This document shows, in pieces, positions 16,377 to 25,161 of a stretch of DNA of 32,000 nt (positions are counted from its first letter, which is position 1; every line of letters starts with the position of its first letter). The stretch comes from Thermodesulfobacteriota bacterium (lineage in GTDB: Bacteria; Desulfobacterota; WTBG01; JAGOGO01), in assembly GCA_026625185.1 (NCBI GenBank), contig CP113000.1, positions 300,001-332,000 on the forward strand, in the 5' to 3' direction. Made by a program: the position numbers and the translations under genes. The notes below the pieces were generated by a model. The model was not told where the DNA came from. It ran no database searches and was given only the letters and a program-made list of their open reading frames with translations.

Positions 16377-17810
16377 TTAAAAAAAATCTTTAAATGCATT
16401 TAGTTCTTTTATAGAAAAAAACCGCATTTTTATCAGAATCACTATACTTACTGAAGCAGCCACGAGCGAGGCCACAACAAAAGTTGCCAGTTTTACCTTG
16501 GTTAAAATTAAAAACACACAGAAAAAAAATATATAAATCATTCCGAAAACTGTTATTTTTCTCCATTCAATACAAAAAGAGAAGTATTTTTTCCCGAGCA
16601 TTAATAAAGTTACCCCCGCGAATATATAAAAAATATTTGTGGCAATCACTGCGCCATACGATTTTAGCGGAGGGATAAGAAGGCAATTGAGTCCCACCGC
16701 AAAAAGTGCATAGACACTCATTATGAATCCAATAAGATAAGTCTTTTTTACTGCTCCAAGAAGGGTTTCACCAATGAAATAAAGTCCGATAAATGATATC
16801 CCTGGAAGCAGGAAGAGAATTATTGAAAAAGCTGAAGAATACTCAGGTGGTGCAATAAGCGGTAAAAAGACACGGGCACCAAAAAGAATAATAAAAAACA
16901 TTAACGTTATCGCAAAAAAAAGGTATGACATTGCTTTGGAAATAACCTCTTTGACCTCAGTCGGGGCTAAATGGTTAAAAACGAACGGTTGAAAAGCCAA
17001 TTGAAAAGGCAGAAGGATAGCAATAGATAAAACTGAAGCTAATTTTGAGCCAAGAGAAAAAATAGCAACTGACTCAAGCCCCGAATAATAACTCAAGAAA
17101 TAAATACTCGCCCCGCCTATAATAAATAGAGCAAAATCGGAAAAGATGAGGGGAAAACCAAAATGAAGAAGTCTCGGGATCAGAGACCAGGAAATTCCGA
17201 TCCCCGTTTGAAGAAAAATATCAAAAGCAAGAAATACAAGAGTGGTCGAATACGCAGCAATAGCTGCCCAAAGAGCACCCTTCACACCCAAGTTAAACCA
17301 ATAAAGAAAAATTCCATTAACGACAATCAATAATAAAGAAGATAAAACCCCCGTGAGCATAAATTTAAGTGCTTTATTCTCTGCCCGATAATAGGTCATA
17401 AGGTGAATCGCTAAAGATTGGGCAAGAGCTGCCCCGCAGGCAAGATAGATATAAAGAAAAACACTGTCGAGATGCAGGACTTTTCGAAAAAAATTGGTCA
17501 AGAAAACAAATGATATTCCGGTTACCATCACACCGGCCAGTAGATTAATAAAACTTGATGCCCCCAAGAGATTGCCGTAGCTATTATTTCCCTTGCATTC
17601 TTTAGTAAAACGCAACAAACAAGACGGCATCCCACAATTCATAAATCCTATCATAGCCTGCATAGTTAATTGAAGAGTTGCCAGCATACCATATTCATTA
17701 ATAGAAAGGCCATGGGTATAAAGTGGGATTAACAAGAAGGCAGTCGCACGCATTCCCACATTTCCAAGAGCATAGATTACCGTATCTTTCCCGATCCGCC
17801 TCAGACCCAT
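16377..17810 (-). CDS. wzx: Wzx-type oligosaccharide flippase (MOP superfamily polysaccharide biosynthesis protein)
   Basis: The N-terminus GKDTVIYALGNVGMRATAFLLIPLYTHGLSINEYG is typical of this family. The 477 aa protein is highly hydrophobic, with roughly 12 or more TM segments. Confidence 0.85.
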   Translation of the reverse strand: MGLRRIGKDTVIYALGNVGMRATAFLLIPLYTHGLSINEYGMLATLQLTMQAMIGFMNCGMPSCLLRFTKECKGNNSYGNLLGASSFINLLAGVMVTGISFVFLTNFFRKVLHLDSVFLYIYLACGAALAQSLAIHLMTYYRAENKALKFMLTGVLSSLLLIVVNGIFLYWFNLGVKGALWAAIAAYSTTLVFLAFDIFLQTGIGISWSLIPRLLHFGFPLIFSDFALFIIGGASIYFLSYYSGLESVAIFSLGSKLASVLSIAILLPFQLAFQPFVFNHLAPTEVKEVISKAMSYLFFAITLMFFIILFGARVFLPLIAPPEYSSAFSIILFLLPGISFIGLYFIGETLLGAVKKTYLIGFIMSVYALFAVGLNCLLIPPLKSYGAVIATNIFYIFAGVTLLMLGKKYFSFCIEWRKITVFGMIYIFFFCVFLILTKVKLATFVVASLVAASVSIVILIKMRFFSIKELNAFKDFF

Positions 17811-17847
17811 ATTACCTGCTATAATTTTTTTCTGACATCAATGGCCA

Positions 17848-18702
17848 TCAGGAATAAATTCGTTTTTCACTTTTGCGTGAAAACTTTTTTAATTTCCGTT
17901 TAAGAACAACCGCCCACGGAAGCCAACCATATGCTCCCTTAACTTTAAGCTTAAACTCAACCAACAAGTCATGAGGGGAGGTATCTATGCGGCCCCATAA
18001 AAAATAATTTTTTTCAGTTCGATGAGGGAGCAAAGAAAAGACCTGCTGGTAGCCTGCCTGCTTCGACCATTCTAAAATTTGGTCATTATATTCACCATAA
18101 GGGAAAGCAAAAAGAGTGATCGCCCGGTTCAGTATTACTTCCAAATCATTTCGTGACTCAAAAATTTCCTGTTCTGCGGTATCCTGGTCAATCAAGGGTA
18201 GGTGAGCATGAGTTCGGGCATGTGAGCCGATGGTTACCAACTCAGGCGGAAGGCTCAACAACTCCTCGGAAGTCATAACCATTTCCATAACCCTGGTCTT
18301 ATAATGAGCAGTAAACCCGGGGCGCTCACCCAGACAACGACTGGGAACAAATACAACCACCGGAATTTTTCGCTTTACCATTTCCGGAAGTGCGTTTTCG
18401 CGAAAACTTCGGAATCCATCATCAAAAGTTACGAGGACTGGTCTGTTTTGAGTATATTCTTTACCAAGCCTGGATACATCTATGGGGGTTCCAATTTTCA
18501 AAAGCGTATCCATTTGCTGAGCAAAAGACAATCGCTCATCTGAAAAAACTGAATGATAAACCAATATGGTGCATGACTTTTGTCTCTTTATCCCAAGCGC
18601 CTTAAAGAAACTGTCCAAGAAACAATCAGCAATAAAAAAAACAGCGCTGATAAGCAACTTTATAATACGATCAATCCGTTGGGGCAAATTCAATCTCCTC
18701 AC
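17848..18702 (-). CDS. polysaccharide deacetylase (CE4 / NodB homology) with an N-terminal TM anchor
   Basis: VLVTFDDGFRS (the TFDDG motif) and GSHARTHAH (His-His metal motif). GTG start. Confidence 0.85.
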   Translation of the reverse strand: MRRLNLPQRIDRIIKLLISAVFFIADCFLDSFFKALGIKRQKSCTILVYHSVFSDERLSFAQQMDTLLKIGTPIDVSRLGKEYTQNRPVLVTFDDGFRSFRENALPEMVKRKIPVVVFVPSRCLGERPGFTAHYKTRVMEMVMTSEELLSLPPELVTIGSHARTHAHLPLIDQDTAEQEIFESRNDLEVILNRAITLFAFPYGEYNDQILEWSKQAGYQQVFSLLPHRTEKNYFLWGRIDTSPHDLLVEFKLKVKGAYGWLPWAVVLKRKLKKFSRKSEKRIYS

Positions 18703-18734
18703 CTTTGAATGGGTGAGCTTTTTACCTAATTTTA

Positions 18735-19841
18735 TTAGAGCCTACCAAAAGCAATTATTGCATTCACAACGTGAGTTATTTGCTCATTGGTCAGTTCAGG
18801 AAACATGGGGAGAGATAAAAACTCTGCAGCGCATTTTTCGGCCATGGGGAAACTTCCGGGACCACAACCCAAGAATCGGTAAGCCTCCTGAAGGTGCAGG
18901 GGAATGGGGTAGTGAATTCCGCAAGAAATATTTTTTTCAGCCAGGACGCTCAAAAGAGCCTCGCGATTTTTCGTACGGATGGCATAAATGTGATAAACGT
19001 GCTTAGCAAAATCAGCTTCAATTGGTGTCTGCACTTTGTTTACGCCGGCAAGAAGTTCATTGTAAAGTTTTGCATTTTTTCTGCGGGCTTCATTCCAAGC
19101 AGTAAGGTATTTTAGTTTTACACTCAGCACCGCACCTTGAAAACCATCCATCCGGGCGTTCCAACCGATCATCGAGTGATAGTATTTCTTCGTCTGCCCG
19201 TGATCACGAAACCGTTTAATTTTTTCCGCTAATTCAGCATTGTTCGTTACTACTGCGCCTGCTTCGCCGTATGCTCCGAGATTTTTGCCCGGATAAAAAC
19301 TGAAACAACCGGCATGGCCGATTGACCCGGCAGGCCGTCCTTTATACTTAGCGCCATGCGCCTGACAGGCATCTTCAATAACGAACAAATTATGTTCCTG
19401 GGCAATCTTTATAATCGGATCCATGTCCGCAGGCTGACCAAAAAGGTGAACCGGAACAATCGCCTTGGTCTTAGGACTAATAACACCTTTAAGGAGGTCG
19501 GGATTCATATTGAAGGTCTGTTCATCAATATCCACAAACACCGGTTTGGCGCCACAAAAGGTAATCGCTTCGGAAGTAGCAATAAAAGTATTGGGGGTAG
19601 TGATGACCTCATCCCCGTTTCCGATGCCTGAAACCATAAGCGCCGCCCAAAGTGCATCGGTGCCACTACCCATCCCTATGGCAAATTTTGTTTGACAAAA
19701 AGAAGCAAACTCCTTCTCAAATTTTTCCACAAAAGGCCCGCCCGCAAAGGAAGTGCTGTCCAACACATTCTGCAATGCCGAGGTAATTTCCGCTTGTATG
19801 ATCTTATATTGTGTTTTTAGATCAAGAAAAGGAACGCTCAT
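18735..19841 (-). CDS. DegT/DnrJ/EryC1-family sugar-nucleotide aminotransferase (WbpE-like)
   Basis: FEKEFA..., GSGTDAL, DACQAHGA and SFYPGKNLGAYGEAG (PLP Lys) are present. Its start overlaps the stop of the upstream acetyltransferase gene in an ATGA arrangement. Confidence 0.9.
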   Translation of the reverse strand: MSVPFLDLKTQYKIIQAEITSALQNVLDSTSFAGGPFVEKFEKEFASFCQTKFAIGMGSGTDALWAALMVSGIGNGDEVITTPNTFIATSEAITFCGAKPVFVDIDEQTFNMNPDLLKGVISPKTKAIVPVHLFGQPADMDPIIKIAQEHNLFVIEDACQAHGAKYKGRPAGSIGHAGCFSFYPGKNLGAYGEAGAVVTNNAELAEKIKRFRDHGQTKKYYHSMIGWNARMDGFQGAVLSVKLKYLTAWNEARRKNAKLYNELLAGVNKVQTPIEADFAKHVYHIYAIRTKNREALLSVLAEKNISCGIHYPIPLHLQEAYRFLGCGPGSFPMAEKCAAEFLSLPMFPELTNEQITHVVNAIIAFGRL

Positions 19842-20317
19842 AATTTATCCTTCCTTGTTTTTCGTAATATCCTCGCCGGGTTTCCTGCTGCCGTTGCATA
19901 TGCTGGTACATTCTCTGTCACCACACTTCCGGCGCCGACCATAGCATTTTCTCCGATTGTAATTCCACAGAGAATGGTTGAGCTTGACCCAACGGAAGCC
20001 CCTTTCTTTACCAATGTGGGGATGCAAACCCAATCCTTCTCCCCTTGAAGAATACCCTCTGCGGTAGTGGCCCGAGGGTATTTGTCGTTAATAAAGGTAA
20101 CGTTGTGTCCGATAAAAACATTGTCCTCAATCGTCACTCCTTCGCAAATAAAGGTGTGGCTTGAAATTTTACAATTTTTGCCTATCTTCGCTCCGTTTTG
20201 TATTTCAACAAACGTTCCTATCCTAGTTTTATCACCAATTTCACATCCATAAAGGTTCACGAAGTCATAAATCTTTACATCCTTACCTATCTTAACATCC
20301 GGGGCAATTTTTTTCAT
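19838..20317 (-). CDS. left-handed beta-helix (hexapeptide) N-acetyltransferase (WbpD-like)
   Basis: Imperfect hexapeptide repeats run throughout (IGDKTRIGTFVEIQNGAKIGKNCKISSHTFICEGVTIEDNVFIGHNV). I chose the ATG at 20317 (MKKIAPDVKIG); the ORF track extends to GTG 20356. Confidence 0.8.
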   Translation of the reverse strand: MKKIAPDVKIGKDVKIYDFVNLYGCEIGDKTRIGTFVEIQNGAKIGKNCKISSHTFICEGVTIEDNVFIGHNVTFINDKYPRATTAEGILQGEKDWVCIPTLVKKGASVGSSSTILCGITIGENAMVGAGSVVTENVPAYATAAGNPARILRKTRKDKL

Positions 20318-20478
20318 TGTGTTTCCGTAGTTTAATTTATTTGTTGATAAAACCACGTTGTCCAGTAAGGCAACTTATGTAACTAAAAAAATTTGAAAAG
20401 GGAAAGGGAAAAACCTTGTAATGACAAGATAGTGACACGGTGGCTATTGATCTTGATTTAAAAAGGAACCAAAGGGAA

Positions 20479-21504
20479 TCAAAGCTTGCCAAAATTAGTC
20501 AGCTTAACTTTACCTCCACCTTTTTTCAAAGATTTTGAAGCTGCCTCAAGGATTTGGACTACCCGTAGGCCGTTAAGGCCATCGGTATCGGGTTTGGAGT
20601 TGTTTTTAATACAATCTAAAAAGTGTTGACACTCAACCTTCAACGGTTCAATTTCTTGAATATACGGAGAATACACGTCGCCATAATGATAGGAGTAATG
20701 AAACTCGGCAAACGTGTCATAGTAGGGAGGGGTTTCTACCCGTTTATCAAAAATCTTGATTTTTTCTATTGGCTCCAAATCATTATATACCAGCATACGC
20801 TTAGCCCCCACAAAGATCATATCTCTTATCTTGTAAGGATCAAGCCAACTATTTCGTATGGTGACGAATGTGCCGTTATCAAAATCAATCTCCATAGTTG
20901 TAATATCTTCAATAAGGGGGTGTATATGTGCTTTCCCCTGGCAATTTACGGATACCGGAGGAGAATCAAGGATAGAAAGAATTATGGAAATGTCGTGGGG
21001 AGCCAAATCCCATAGCACATTGATATCGGCCTGATAAAGCCCGAGGTTTAACCTCCGCGAGCTGATGTAAAGAATTTTTCCTAAGTCACCGGTACAAATG
21101 ATGTCTTTAACCTTCCGCACACCGGAAGAGTAAAGAAAAGTATGACCAACCATAAGAACGCATTCTTTTTTTTGTGAAAGTTCAATGAGTTTTTTACATT
21201 CTAAAGAAGAAGAGGCCATCGGCTTTTCGATAAAGGTGTGTTTTTTTGCTTGTAAACATTTTTTTGCCATTTCATAATGATGCCGAACTGGCGTAACAAT
21301 GGCGACAGCATCGATCTCACGATCATCAAACACATCATCAGCATTGGTAGTGGTCTCGATTTCAGAATAGAGTTTTTTCATATGTACCAGGCGTTGGAGA
21401 TCCAAATCACAAACCTTTTTAACTTTACATTCAGGAAGCGAACAAAAATTCCGAATGAAATTTGGTCCCCAGTAACCACAGCCAACCACAGCAACATTAA
21501 GCAC
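20479..21504 (-). CDS. Gfo/Idh/MocA-family NAD-dependent sugar-nucleotide oxidoreductase (WbpB/GnnA-like)
   Basis: The Rossmann N-terminus is VAVVGCGYWG and the central motif is EKP. I chose the GTG at 21504 (AAGGGAG 6 nt upstream); the ORF track starts at TTG 21510. It overlaps the end of the sugar transferase gene. Confidence 0.85.
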   Translation of the reverse strand: MLNVAVVGCGYWGPNFIRNFCSLPECKVKKVCDLDLQRLVHMKKLYSEIETTTNADDVFDDREIDAVAIVTPVRHHYEMAKKCLQAKKHTFIEKPMASSSLECKKLIELSQKKECVLMVGHTFLYSSGVRKVKDIICTGDLGKILYISSRRLNLGLYQADINVLWDLAPHDISIILSILDSPPVSVNCQGKAHIHPLIEDITTMEIDFDNGTFVTIRNSWLDPYKIRDMIFVGAKRMLVYNDLEPIEKIKIFDKRVETPPYYDTFAEFHYSYHYGDVYSPYIQEIEPLKVECQHFLDCIKNNSKPDTDGLNGLRVVQILEAASKSLKKGGGKVKLTNFGKL

Positions 21505-22699
21505 TATCAACTCCCTTGGCTAATGATTGTTTTTTTCGCCGTCTATCTTTAATTTCATAAAATATGGCAAGAGGGGTAGACAGGAGGATTTTTAAATCAA
21601 GCGCAAAGGACATTTGCCTGGCATATCGGATATCTAAGCGGGCCATGTCCTTAAAGGTAAGCCGGTTTTTCCCGCTTACCTGCCAAAGTCCGGTCATTCC
21701 CGGCACCGCATCAAACCGCCCCCTATACCAACTGGCGTATTCTTCAACCTCATAAGGTATAGGAGGCCGCGGCCCAACTAAACTCATGTCCCCGAGAAAC
21801 ACATTAATAAGTTGGGGCAATTCATCAATACAGGTAGCCCGCATTATCCGCCCAAAGAGAGGAATGACCTGCGGATCATCCAGTTTAACCATCGGCGTTC
21901 CTCTTTCTTTGTCCCCGAAACCACCACGAATTAATTCAGAAAGATGCTTCCGGTGAGCAGAGCTGTCAGCATTAACTTTCATAGTCCGAAATTTATAAAG
22001 GGTAAATACTTGGCCTCCGTAGCCAACTCGGACCTGTCGAAAAAAAACTGGTCCGGAGGATACGCTTCTAATCATAAGCGCAGCAAGGACAAAAAGAGGG
22101 GAAAAAAGGATAAGAAGAAATAGGGCGCCAACGATGTCCAACAACCGTTTCCATTTGGGCATGGCAAGGAAGTATAACGTTTTCATTTGCCCAAATGCCT
22201 TCGTCCCCTCCAGCTTTGAGGTATCCCTTGAATAAGAAAATATCCGGAGCGATTTTTTTCTTTCAGAGCGTTGATAGGTCGAAACATCCTTCGGTTTTTC
22301 TGCTGGGTAAGTATGAATCTTGTATTCCGGCGGGGGAAGTCCCGCGGGAAGCAACCCCAAAATAGTTTTACTAAAAATTTCAGCCCCTTCGAATGGGGTG
22401 TTATAGAGCAAAACCCCAATATGGTAATTATCAAGCCATCCCACTTCGTCAGTAGAGCGCAGTCTTTTCGAAAGCACCCGCAAGAGGAGTTTCCCAAGTT
22501 CACTGTTAACTTCAACATCCCCGATGTCGAAATCAACCACTGAAAAAATCTGATCGGTCCGTTCCGCACGGGCAAGTTCACGCTTCAAAATACAGCTGAA
22601 CTCTTCCCGCGAGCAAATGGTGCTTATTTGGGGCATTCCTACCGACTCAATTAACCGCCTCAACCGATTAAAGAAAGACACTTTTATCTGACCTCGCAA
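21497..22699 (-). CDS. polyprenyl-phosphate glycosyl-1-phosphate (priming) sugar transferase with an N-terminal degenerate GGDEF-like domain
   Basis: The C-terminal 200 aa (LLDIVGALFLLILFSPLFVLAALMI...GPVFFRQVRVGYGG..F.LYKFRTM...DELPQL.NV..G.MSLVGPRP) is the bacterial sugar transferase domain. Residues ~25-115 align to a GGDEF domain; see findings. The start is uncertain (TTG 22699 or ATG 22636) and neither has a good SD. Confidence 0.85.
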   Translation of the reverse strand: MRGQIKVSFFNRLRRLIESVGMPQISTICSREEFSCILKRELARAERTDQIFSVVDFDIGDVEVNSELGKLLLRVLSKRLRSTDEVGWLDNYHIGVLLYNTPFEGAEIFSKTILGLLPAGLPPPEYKIHTYPAEKPKDVSTYQRSERKKSLRIFSYSRDTSKLEGTKAFGQMKTLYFLAMPKWKRLLDIVGALFLLILFSPLFVLAALMIRSVSSGPVFFRQVRVGYGGQVFTLYKFRTMKVNADSSAHRKHLSELIRGGFGDKERGTPMVKLDDPQVIPLFGRIMRATCIDELPQLINVFLGDMSLVGPRPPIPYEVEEYASWYRGRFDAVPGMTGLWQVSGKNRLTFKDMARLDIRYARQMSFALDLKILLSTPLAIFYEIKDRRRKKQSLAKGVDSA

Positions 22700-22785
22700 T
22701 AAAGGTTAGACCGCCATTGGATATTGTGTAATATGAGAGGGTAAATTAAAAAGAGGAAACATAATAAATTTACACTCGCACTCGC

Positions 22786-25053
22786 TTATAGCTTCTGATA
22801 AAGCCATTTCGGAACATAGAATAATCTCTTATTGAGAACCCCTCCAACCGGCTTTGCACCCCCCATTACAAGACGATCTTTTGCACGTTGTGCCACTTCC
22901 CATCGGTCCTCCTCCGCCTCAAAGACCATAATAACGCCATCAACCATATTTCCTAAGGTAACGACATAATTTTCTTCCCAAACAGCCGGGGTATCAATGA
23001 GCACAAAGCTGTATTCATGTTTCCAGTACCTCAGTAAATTAGCAAATCCTTTTGATTCAAAAATTCTTTTATCGCTTGCCATGCTCTCTTTACCCGCGCA
23101 AAGCACATCAAGCTTATTAACTGCAGAAGGCTGAATAACTGATGTCTGACTATACGTTCCGGCCGCAAGGTCAGCAAGCCCAGGAGAAAGATTTAAATCG
23201 AAGATTTGATGGATAGAAGGAACTTGAAAGTTTGCATCGACCAGAAGTATACGGCCGTCGCTATGTCGGGCTAAAGAACTGGCAAGATAAGCAGCAACCG
23301 AGCTTACCCCTGCTCCTTTACGGCAACTTGTTAAAGAAAAAACACGCTGCGGTTCAGCCTGAAGCTTCACTCCCATGAGTAAACGTTCTGCCATTGCTTC
23401 AAAGTCCTTAATTAAGGGTAACAACGGATCAAATCTCGTAGGCAAAACCATGGATGCCCTTTCTTGAGAAGATGTCCCTTCAGGATAAAAAGAGGCGATC
23501 GCGCCCAAGGCGGGGATTTCCAAAGTCCTCTCGATGTCTTCCGGCTTTCCAAAAGAATGGTCCAGACTTTCGCTAATAAATGCCAGCCCTAAGCCGCCAA
23601 AGACCCCTAACAAAATTCCTAATAGAAGATTAAGTAATAGGCGGGGACGAACAGGCTTAATTGGATAGTTTGCGGGCTGAACGATGCTAATATTTGAGAT
23701 TTTCACCAAATCCATGGCCTGGTCGATGAGTGATTGTTCAAAGCTTTCTGAGTATTTTTGATAGCTGGCCTGCTGGATTGAATTATCCAGCTCTAATTGT
23801 TTCATTCGCTGTTCGACATTATTAATGGTATTAAGCTCTTCTTGTGCTTTGGCCAGTTGAGTGCTTAATTCTTCGCCTTTAGCTTTAAGCGAGGCTAAAA
23901 CTGATTGTTCAGTTAATAAATTTAATTCAATCCGCTGGCGAGTATCATTTATTCCTTTAGTGACTTCACGGGCCTCTTCTGTTTTCTTAAGAATCGCTTT
24001 CGCCTCATCAATCTGGCGTTTGGCTTCCAGAACCGGTATGCTGTCAGCGGTGAAAGTTGACCTAAGTTCATTTTCCTTTAGCTGCAATTCGTTTACCCTT
24101 TTAAGCATCTCATCCGGAGCTGATAATGCTACTCCGCTTACTTCTTGTTTTATAACAGAGTGTGGTAATGAACCAATCTCTTGTTTCATCGTGTTAACCA
24201 TCGCTTCGGAAACCACCCTTTCAGACTCAGTGCTTTCGATTTCCCGCTTGAGATAACCGATTCTTTTCATTACGAGATCTTTTTGAGTATCTAATGAGCC
24301 AATTTTCGTTTTGTTTTTAAGTTCTCTCAGCTCATCGCCGGTCTTGACTAACTCCTCATAAAGCCTTTTTTTCTGATTCTCAAAAAACTGGTAAGAACCT
24401 TGGGTACGGTGTGCCTGGATATGTTTGTCAAGATAAAGATTAATGAGGGTGGTAAGTACCCTCTGGGCCATCCTGGGACTCTTTGTCTCATAGGATACGG
24501 TAATACTATTGCTCTTTTTTATGGTATCGGCATCAAAGTTGTTTAAGAGATTATCAATTGCTTTTTCCCGTTTTTTCAATAAAACAACCGTCTGGGGATC
24601 AAAAAGGATGCTGATAAAGAAAATACCTCTGGAAAGCATTTGGAAAGGAAAGGTTACTATTGTGTTTATTATTCCCGGCCCAGCAGCACCTTTCTCGTAG
24701 CCTTTGAGCACTGCGTCAACCCCAACCGTGTCTACTACTTTTCCGAGGAGTTCGCGGTTTTTAAGTATTGCCAGTTCGGAATTAATTTCGTTTTCACGCT
24801 GGGCGCCGGCAGCCATATCAACAATTTTATTTGGCTCCACGGTTGGAGAAAGCCCCACACTTTCGCGCCCAATCTTAACCAAAAGTTCCCCTTCGGAACG
24901 ATAAATTTTTGGGGAAAGAATGCTAATAAAGGCCACCAGAGCCACCACAGCAATAAAAAACCAAACGATCTTCCATTTATGTCTGAAAACAACATAATAA
25001 AAGTCTCTCAGGTTTTTTTCTGGGAACCCCTCAAATTGGATTGTTTTTTGCAC
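22786..25053 (-). CDS. polysaccharide co-polymerase (PCP-2a, Wzc/GumC-like): Wzz domain, coiled coil, second TM, and a C-terminal BY-kinase-like ATPase domain with a degenerate P-loop
   Basis: GTG start with AAGGAGG 6 nt upstream. The first TM (WKIVWFFIAVVALVAFISIL) is followed by YRSEGELLV (Wzz motif). A long coiled-coil region is followed by the second TM (LLLNLLLGILLGVFGGLGLAFI). The C-terminal domain aligns to CapB/Wzc. Confidence 0.9.
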   Translation of the reverse strand: MQKTIQFEGFPEKNLRDFYYVVFRHKWKIVWFFIAVVALVAFISILSPKIYRSEGELLVKIGRESVGLSPTVEPNKIVDMAAGAQRENEINSELAILKNRELLGKVVDTVGVDAVLKGYEKGAAGPGIINTIVTFPFQMLSRGIFFISILFDPQTVVLLKKREKAIDNLLNNFDADTIKKSNSITVSYETKSPRMAQRVLTTLINLYLDKHIQAHRTQGSYQFFENQKKRLYEELVKTGDELRELKNKTKIGSLDTQKDLVMKRIGYLKREIESTESERVVSEAMVNTMKQEIGSLPHSVIKQEVSGVALSAPDEMLKRVNELQLKENELRSTFTADSIPVLEAKRQIDEAKAILKKTEEAREVTKGINDTRQRIELNLLTEQSVLASLKAKGEELSTQLAKAQEELNTINNVEQRMKQLELDNSIQQASYQKYSESFEQSLIDQAMDLVKISNISIVQPANYPIKPVRPRLLLNLLLGILLGVFGGLGLAFISESLDHSFGKPEDIERTLEIPALGAIASFYPEGTSSQERASMVLPTRFDPLLPLIKDFEAMAERLLMGVKLQAEPQRVFSLTSCRKGAGVSSVAAYLASSLARHSDGRILLVDANFQVPSIHQIFDLNLSPGLADLAAGTYSQTSVIQPSAVNKLDVLCAGKESMASDKRIFESKGFANLLRYWKHEYSFVLIDTPAVWEENYVVTLGNMVDGVIMVFEAEEDRWEVAQRAKDRLVMGGAKPVGGVLNKRLFYVPKWLYQKL

Positions 25054-25161
25054 GTTGGTCCTCCTTCACAACTAAATTTAATACCCTGGGTATTACCTAT
25101 TATGTTCTTTACTAAGTGAGTTCACCCAAAGATATTACCTAATATATAAAATTATCTGTTA

